This document shows, piece after piece, positions 58,200-64,000 of a stretch of 64,000 nt of DNA; the first letter of the stretch is position 1, and each line of letters begins with the position of its first letter. The notes beneath the pieces are model-generated. The model saw only the letters and a program-made list of their open reading frames with translations, did no database searches and was not told the origin of the DNA. Origin of the DNA: Bacteroidota bacterium (GTDB lineage Bacteria > Bacteroidota > Bacteroidia > AKYH767-A > OLB10); contig JANOPQ010000074.1 in assembly GCA_031421935.1 (NCBI GenBank), positions 8,296 to 72,295 on the forward strand, in the 5' to 3' direction. Both the position numbers and the translations under genes were made by a program.

Positions 58200-59480
58200 T
58201 TGATGGAAAATACAGACATCATTGTAGGACTTGATATCGGCACCACAAAAATTGCCGCCATCGTTGGACGTAGAAACGAACACGGGAAAGTGGAAATTAT
58301 GGGGATGGGACGTTCGGAATCTCTGGGTGTGATGCGCGGAATCGTAGCCAACATCGAGAAGACCGTTATTTCCATCAAGGAAGCTGTGCTTGAAGCAGAG
58401 GCTAAATCTGGTGTAGAGATCAGTGATGTGCATGTGGGTATTGCGGGTCAGCATATCAAAAGTATGCAGCACCGCGGTATGATCACACGTACCAGCACGA
58501 ATGATGAAATTAGTCGAATTGATATTGATGCGATCATCAAAGACATGTACAAATTGGCAATGCCTCCAGGTGAAGAAATCATTCATGTAATTCCACAAGA
58601 ATTTATTGTCGATAACGAACAGGGTATCAAAGATCCAATTGGTATGTCAGGCGTTCGTTTAGAAGCGAATTGTCATATCATCACGGGCTTAATCACCGCA
58701 GCGAATAATATTCAGAAATGTGTTACCAAATCTGATTTGAAAACGGTAGACATCATCCTTGAACCACTTGCATCTGCAGAAGCGGTGTTGACAGAAGAAG
58801 AAAAAGAGGCAGGTGTTGTTTTAGTGGATATTGGTGGAGGTACAACTGACATCGCCATTTTCCAAGATGGAATTATTCGTCATACTGCTGTAATTCCTTT
58901 TGGAGGAAATGTAATTACAGATGATATTAAGGAAGGATGTTCCATCATTCGCAATCAAGCAGAATTGTTAAAGACAAAATTTGGTTCTGCCTTGGCGAAA
59001 CAAATGAAGGATAATGAAATTGTTTCTATTCCAGGATTACGTGGAAGAGAACCCAAGGAAATTTCAGTAAAGAATTTGGCTTCCATCATTCAAGCAAGAA
59101 TGGAAGAAATTATAGAAAGCGTTTATTACGAAATTAAGAGTTCAGGTTTTGAGAAGAAATTAATCGCCGGTATTGTTATTACAGGCGGTGGATCACAACT
59201 TAAGCATGTCACACAATTGGTAGAATATATAACGGGGATGGATACCCGCATTGGTTATCCAAACGAACATCTTGGTAAAGGAATGGATGAAGTGAAGAGT
59301 CCAATGTACGCTACCGGTGTTGGTTTGGTGATTAAAGGATTGCAAGATCTAGAAAGAGATCGTAAACGTCCTGCAAGTACAACCGTACAGCCCACTGTGA
59401 AAGGTGAATCGAGAAAGAGATGGTGGCAAAATATTTTTTCAAATGAATTCTTAGGAGACGACAAGGATAATTTACTGTAA
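58200..59480 (+). CDS. ftsA: Cell-division protein FtsA
   Basis: 426-aa ORF with the actin-fold motifs GLDIGTTKI, DIGGGTTD and ITGGGSQL. The start is either the TTG at 58200 or the ATG at 58203. Confidence 0.95.
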   Translation: MMENTDIIVGLDIGTTKIAAIVGRRNEHGKVEIMGMGRSESLGVMRGIVANIEKTVISIKEAVLEAEAKSGVEISDVHVGIAGQHIKSMQHRGMITRTSTNDEISRIDIDAIIKDMYKLAMPPGEEIIHVIPQEFIVDNEQGIKDPIGMSGVRLEANCHIITGLITAANNIQKCVTKSDLKTVDIILEPLASAEAVLTEEEKEAGVVLVDIGGGTTDIAIFQDGIIRHTAVIPFGGNVITDDIKEGCSIIRNQAELLKTKFGSALAKQMKDNEIVSIPGLRGREPKEISVKNLASIIQARMEEIIESVYYEIKSSGFEKKLIAGIVITGGGSQLKHVTQLVEYITGMDTRIGYPNEHLGKGMDEVKSPMYATGVGLVIKGLQDLERDRKRPASTTVQPTVKGESRKRWWQNIFSNEFLGDDKDNLL

Positions 59481-59518
59481 TTAAAAACTAACCTGCTAAC
59501 AACATAAAACACATAATC

Positions 59519-61201
59519 ATGAATCAGCAAGAATTTCCCAATCAACGCGAAGGTTCGCGATCAAATCTGATCCAGTTTGACATCAACCAAGAAGAAGCAT
59601 CTATCATAAAAGTGATTGGTGTAGGAGGTGGTGGTAGCAATGCCGTAAACCACATGTATCGTCTCGGAATTAAAGGAGTTGATTTCCTCGTTTGTAATAC
59701 GGATGCGCAAGCATTGGCGATTAGTCCAGTGCCTTATAAAATGCAATTAGGACCTAACCTTACGAGAGGACGTGGTGCCGGTGCAATTCCTGAAGTAGGA
59801 AAAAATGCAGCCATCGAAAATGTAGAAGAGTTAAAATCTCTTTTAGGAAATGGTACACGCATGGCTTTCATCACTGCTGGAATGGGTGGTGGAACAGGTA
59901 CTGGTGCAGCTCCTGTAATTGCAGGCATTGCTCGTGAGATGGGCATATTGACCATCGGTATTGCTACTATTCCATTTGGTTTCGAAGGACGCAAGCGTAA
60001 GCAACAAGCGGAATTGGGAATTGAAGAGTTGAAGAAAAATGTAGATGCTTTGTTGATTATCTGCAATGATAAATTGCGTGAGATCCACGGGAACTTACAA
60101 TTACGTGATGCCTTTGGTCATGCGGATGATATTTTAACAACAGCAGCAAAGAGTATCGCTGAAATCATCACCAACACCATGCATCTCAATGTTGACTTTG
60201 CGGATATAGAGACCGTTATGAAGGACAGTGGTGTAGCCATCATGGGATCTGCAAATGCAGAAGGCGATAATCGTGCCGTGCGTGCTGCTGAAGCGGCTTT
60301 GGATTCACCTTTATTAAACGATAATGTAATTGAAGGCGCTAATTATATTTTGTTAAGCATCACCAGTGGACATAATGAAGTGACGATGGATGAAGTTGGT
60401 GAGATCAATGATTATATTCAAGCACAAGCTGGACAAACCGCTGAAATTATTTTAGGATTAGGACATGATCCATCATTAGGTGATAAAGTTTCTGTAACGG
60501 TTATTGCCACTGGATTCAAAACTGGTGAGCAAAAATTGGCAGAGATAAAACGTCCAGAAGTAATCATTCATAAGTTAGATGAGCCAGTAGCTATTGCTCC
60601 AATTCCTGCACCTCCATCAGCATCGAACAGAGTTGTTGAAATGCAAAGTAAAGTAGAAGAAACTCCAGTAGAAAATAGTGATCCTACAGAGCCTTTCTTA
60701 TTCATCCGCGACGACATGGGCTTTGATCAACACAATGATTATTCGTATGCATTTACGGATCAAGCCGACATGAACATGGATCCAGATACAGGAATGATTG
60801 AATTGGATTTCCCGACTCAAGAAGAGCCTTATATCAAAACGGTTCAGTCGTCTATTCCTCCAGTGGTAGAAGTCAATGATGCTCCCGTAATTCGTCATGA
60901 GTTAAACCAAGAGTCACCGAGGAATACACAATCAGCTCCTGAGCAAAAGAATCAAGAAGATGAAATGTATCAACGATCATGGGATCGCATCATGCGATTG
61001 AAAGAGGCGGGCTTGAGACATAATTCTCCAAGCGGTTTAGCTGAAATGGAAAAGGAACCTGCATTTAAAAGAAGAAATGTAAAGTTGGAAAATACGCCTG
61101 CTTCTTCCGATAGTAGTGTTAGTCGTTACACTTTATCGTTAGATGATAACAAGCCTGAAATCAGACCTAACAATCCTTTCTTACACGATCGTGTAGATTA
61201 A
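59519..61201 (+). CDS. ftsZ: Cell-division GTPase FtsZ (long disordered C-terminal linker)
   Basis: 560-aa ORF with GVGGGGSNAV and GMGGGTGTGAAPV motifs. About 220 aa of low-complexity linker precede the C-terminal peptide ..NPFLHDRVD. Confidence 0.97.
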   Translation: MNQQEFPNQREGSRSNLIQFDINQEEASIIKVIGVGGGGSNAVNHMYRLGIKGVDFLVCNTDAQALAISPVPYKMQLGPNLTRGRGAGAIPEVGKNAAIENVEELKSLLGNGTRMAFITAGMGGGTGTGAAPVIAGIAREMGILTIGIATIPFGFEGRKRKQQAELGIEELKKNVDALLIICNDKLREIHGNLQLRDAFGHADDILTTAAKSIAEIITNTMHLNVDFADIETVMKDSGVAIMGSANAEGDNRAVRAAEAALDSPLLNDNVIEGANYILLSITSGHNEVTMDEVGEINDYIQAQAGQTAEIILGLGHDPSLGDKVSVTVIATGFKTGEQKLAEIKRPEVIIHKLDEPVAIAPIPAPPSASNRVVEMQSKVEETPVENSDPTEPFLFIRDDMGFDQHNDYSYAFTDQADMNMDPDTGMIELDFPTQEEPYIKTVQSSIPPVVEVNDAPVIRHELNQESPRNTQSAPEQKNQEDEMYQRSWDRIMRLKEAGLRHNSPSGLAEMEKEPAFKRRNVKLENTPASSDSSVSRYTLSLDDNKPEIRPNNPFLHDRVD

Positions 61202-61211
61202 TCATACAACC

Positions 61212-61658
61212 ATGAGTTTAGAACAATCTATCATGGCGGATTTAAAAACTGCCATGTTAACAAAGAATGAAGCGGGACTCCGTGCAATTCGCGCTATTAA
61301 GTCGGCGATTTTGTTGGCGAAAACAAGTGCAGGTGGTAACGAGATGAGTGCAGAGGATGAAGTGAAGATGTTGCAAAAATTAGTAAAGCAACGTCAAGAA
61401 TCCATCTCCATTTACGAAACGCAACAACGCGAAGATCTTGCTGCACCAGAGCGTGAAGAAGTGGCTATTATTTCAAAGTATTTACCTGAAATGATGAGTG
61501 AGGATGATGTTCGCAATGCGGTGAAAGCAGCGATCGAACAAACCGGTGCGAAGTCGCCAGCCGAAATGGGCAAGGTGATGGGTGTCGTTACAAAAGCGCT
61601 TGCTGGCAAAGCCGATAATAAAATGGTTTCCGCCTTGGTAAAAGAATTATTGAGTTAA
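61212..61658 (+). CDS. GatB/YqeY-domain protein
   Basis: 148-aa ORF with ..DLKTAMLTKNEAGLRAIRAIKSA.. and ..YLPEMMSEDDV..GKVMGVVTKALAGKAD.. patterns. Confidence 0.85.
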   Translation: MSLEQSIMADLKTAMLTKNEAGLRAIRAIKSAILLAKTSAGGNEMSAEDEVKMLQKLVKQRQESISIYETQQREDLAAPEREEVAIISKYLPEMMSEDDVRNAVKAAIEQTGAKSPAEMGKVMGVVTKALAGKADNKMVSALVKELLS

Positions 61659-61688
61659 GACCTTTCCTAGTCCCATTTATTTATTCCC

Positions 61689-61718
61689 AAAACCCGAACC
61701 TGTAAGTTCGGGTTTTTT
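61689..61718 (+). terminator. Intrinsic terminator after the yqeY-like gene
   Basis: AACCCGAAC-ctgtaa-GTTCGGGTT (9-bp perfect stem) followed by tttt. Confidence 0.8.
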
Positions 61719-61741
61719 ATGTACGAATAGATTTTTTTATC

Positions 61742-61784
61742 ATCCCATAACCATCACAGAATATTTCTGCGATGGTTATGGGAT
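61742..61784. repeat. Perfect 14-bp-stem hairpin
   Basis: ATCCCATAACCATC-(15 nt)-GATGGTTATGGGAT. Confidence 0.85.
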
Positions 61785-61805
61785 ACCCTTCTATATAGCT
61801 GAATT

Positions 61806-61898
61806 CCTGTAGCGGTGGATTGCAATCCACCTCTACAGGGATTATATTTATTATAGAATGTTTATTCATCGTCAACCGCGGATTGCAATCCGCGGCTA
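61806..61898. repeat. Two REP-like palindromes sharing a GGATTGCAATCC core, flanked by GTAG/CTAC
   Basis: cCTGTAGcGGTGGATTGCAATCCACCtCTACAGg spans 61806..61839. CCGCGGATTGCAATCCGCGG spans 61876..61895, with its flanking CTAC running to 61899. Confidence 0.8.
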
Positions 61899-61922
61899 CG
61901 AGGTTTCATTCCAAAAGGTGGG

Positions 61923-61967
61923 CAATCCATGCATCGGATTCTCATCCGATGCATGGATTGGTTTTTT
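61923..61967 (+). terminator. 17-bp perfect hairpin followed by a T-run (second terminator-like structure in the same gap)
   Basis: CAATCCATGCATCGGAT-tctc-ATCCGATGCATGGATTG then gtttttt. It again carries CAATCC/GGATTG ends. Confidence 0.6.
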
Positions 61968-62161
61968 ATAATTATTTTCATTTATTTTATAATTTTTGTA
62001 ACCTTTATAAAATTCTAACGTAAGAGATAGCTTGTCTAGCCTCTGAATCCCCCTTTTTTCACTGATGTTTTGATGATTTTTTATCACTTTCTACTAAATA
62101 GAAGTGGCATTGCTTAATCCGAAACTAATCTTACATATTTTTCGTAAGAATTGGAGTAAAA

Positions 62162-64000
62162 ATGTCCCACGACATCAAAACCGATAAAATGTTTCGAAGT
62201 TTTAGAAATTTAAGAATTGCAGGAGTCGTCTTGATCTTCTTTTGTTGCTTCTCGCAAGGAGCTAAAGCACAAGCTCCCACTGCTGCATTTGATGCAAACG
62301 ACACTATCGTTTGTATTACCAATACTGTATCTTTTGTTGATATGTCTCTGCCAGGAAATGCCGCCATCACAGGATGGAGTTGGACTTTTGGAGATGGTGG
62401 TACTTCTACAGTTCAAAATCCAAATTATGCTTATGCAACAGGAGGAAATTTTACTGTTAAGTTGGTAGTTACAAACGCAAATGGTTTACAAGATTCCATC
62501 ACTCACGTTATTTATGTGTTGGTGGCGCAAGCAATAAATAATACAGTACGCATTTGTTCTCCGCAATCATCCACCACCATTATGGCCGTTGATCCAGGAA
62601 TTGCAGGCGTTACTGGAACTTGGTTTACTTCTTCTTCAGGAGTGATTGCTTCTCCTGCAAATGATACTACATTAATTTCAAACTTAATTAGTGGAACGTA
62701 TTTATTCTTTTGGGTAGTATCGGATGGTACCTGTAGTGAAGCCGATCAAGTGACAGTTATAGTCGATCAGCCTGTTGTTGTAAATGCAGGTCCCGATCAG
62801 AATATTTGTACCACACCGGGTACTGCAACCATGGCTGGTTCAAATCCAGCTCCAGGAACAGGTCTGTGGACAACAACAAGCGCTGCTACAATATCAAATC
62901 CAATTAATCGAAATACACCCATCACAGGATTAACTTCTCCAGGTACTTATGTATTTGTTTGGACCGTTACCAACGGAGCTTGTGTAATTAGAGATACCAT
63001 GAATATTATTGTATCGAATCCTGTAGCCTCTGCTGCTGGTGCCGATCAATTAGTATGCGCATCTCCAGGAACTGCAACGCTAGCGGGATCAAGTCCTGCT
63101 CCTGGAACAGGTGTGTGGACCACTACTTCCGCTGCTACCATCGCAAATCCCTCAAGTGCAACATCTACAGTTAGTGGATTAACTACCGCTGGTGTCTATA
63201 CGTTTATTTGGACAGTTACGAATGGAGCATGCGTTAGTCGTGATACGATGTTAATGACAGTAAGTACTGCCATTGTTGCCAATGCAGGGAACAACCAACA
63301 AATATGTACTACTACTGCCTCAGGTTTGTTAAGTGGAAATAATCCTTCACCTGGAACAGGTTTATGGACCGCATTAAATGGAGGTACTATTACGAATCCT
63401 ACAAACAGCGTAACTACTGTTACTGGTTTAATAACATCAGGTTTTTACAATTTTGTTTGGACCATTACGAATGGCCCCTGCGTTTCAAGAGATACGGTAG
63501 TTTTCATAGTGCGAAATCCAGTCATTGCAAATGCCGGACCCGATCAACAATTTTGTAATGCAACCACGGCAACATTAACTGGAAATAGTCCTGCTCCTGG
63601 AACAGGTGCATGGACTACAACGAGCAGTGCAACGATTGCAAATCCTTCGTCAGCAACTACTGCAGTCAGTGGATTAGCTGTTGGATTGAACACCTTTATC
63701 TATACAACATCTTATGGTGCCTGTGTAAGCAGAGATACTATTATAATAAGAGTAGATGCATTAATCATTTCAAATGCAGGTCCCGATATTCAAATTTGTG
63801 AATCACAAACATCGGTAACCATGGCAGGAAATAATCCGGCTCCAGGAACTGGTGTATGGACAAAATTAAATGGTGGAACGATTACAACACCTTCAAGTCC
63901 GACCACAACCATCACTGCGCTTACTCCAGGAACACATCAATTTATTTGGACGATCACCAATGGAACATGTATCAGCAGTGATACCATGCGTGTAACTGTG
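62162..64000 (+). CDS. Large secreted repeat protein, N-terminal 613 aa (runs off the right edge): signal peptide, one PKD domain, then at least 6 tandem ~80-aa Ig-like units
   Basis: Absent from the ORF track because it has no stop. My translation from the ATG at 62162 (alternative ATG at 62189) is open to 64000. It reads MSHDIKTDKMFRSFRNLRIAGVVLIFFCCFSQGAKAQAPTAAF..WSWTFGDGGTSTVQNPNYAY.., then repeats of NAGPDQxIC..PAPGTGxWT..ATIxNP..TxVxGL..GxYxFxWTxTNGxCxSxDTM..V about every 243 bp (62783, 63035, 63281, 63530, 63773). Confidence 0.85.
   Translation, partial: MSHDIKTDKMFRSFRNLRIAGVVLIFFCCFSQGAKAQAPTAAFDANDTIVCITNTVSFVDMSLPGNAAITGWSWTFGDGGTSTVQNPNYAYATGGNFTVKLVVTNANGLQDSITHVIYVLVAQAINNTVRICSPQSSTTIMAVDPGIAGVTGTWFTSSSGVIASPANDTTLISNLISGTYLFFWVVSDGTCSEADQVTVIVDQPVVVNAGPDQNICTTPGTATMAGSNPAPGTGLWTTTSAATISNPINRNTPITGLTSPGTYVFVWTVTNGACVIRDTMNIIVSNPVASAAGADQLVCASPGTATLAGSSPAPGTGVWTTTSAATIANPSSATSTVSGLTTAGVYTFIWTVTNGACVSRDTMLMTVSTAIVANAGNNQQICTTTASGLLSGNNPSPGTGLWTALNGGTITNPTNSVTTVTGLITSGFYNFVWTITNGPCVSRDTVVFIVRNPVIANAGPDQQFCNATTATLTGNSPAPGTGAWTTTSSATIANPSSATTAVSGLAVGLNTFIYTTSYGACVSRDTIIIRVDALIISNAGPDIQICESQTSVTMAGNNPAPGTGVWTKLNGGTITTPSSPTTTITALTPGTHQFIWTITNGTCISSDTMRVTV

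Noticed and set aside
58146-58598. 150-aa ORF antisense to the ftsQ/ftsA junction
   Set aside because: It is a shadow ORF opposite the highly conserved FtsA N-terminus, with an unusual His/Cys/Asn-rich composition.
61820-62087. 67-aa (+) and 63-aa (-) ORFs in the yqeY-downstream gap
   Set aside because: They run through the palindromic hairpins and the AT-rich promoter region, overlap each other on opposite strands, and have low-complexity translations. They are almost certainly non-coding.

Overview
64-kb chromosomal segment of a low-GC Bacteroidota genome. Supporting marks are gldC, PKD-rich surface proteins, the uppS-bamA-skp-skp-murI envelope cluster, a dcw cluster without murF/ddl, and TAnnTTTG -7 boxes. 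Most of the window is core: mfd (partial, left edge), gpmI, coaX, lptC-like, ppiD-like, murI, two skp/ompH, bamA, uppS, nadK, pdxJ, serA, fbp, an M20 amidohydrolase, gldC, engB, then mraZ-rsmH-ftsL-ftsI-murE-mraY-murD-ftsW-murG-murC-ftsQ-ftsA-ftsZ and a GatB/YqeY gene. There is one tRNA-Phe(GAA). I saw no rRNA, CRISPR, transposase, integrase or phage genes. I did not find a convincing novel multi-gene system such as a defence island. Less ordinary content, best follow-up candidates first: (1) a locus next to tRNA-Phe holding an 1837-aa protein (about 18 PKD plus about 4 Fn3-like units, no recognisable T9SS sorting domain), a small membrane protein with a similar Fn3-like unit, a 485-aa helical orphan, and an orphan kinase and receiver at its two ends. 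(2) Intergenic DNA built from short words repeated at 7-10 bp period, including a composite element present twice, plus a cluster of strong hairpins with GTAG/CTAC-flanked GGATTGCAATCC palindromes. (3) A DUF898-like/M48 peptidase gene pair split by a ~150-bp inverted-repeat element. (4) An 1121-aa protein joining a TolB-like propeller to an Omp85-type barrel. (5) A second large repeat protein running off the right edge. All functional calls come from reading the translations by eye; no database search was run.
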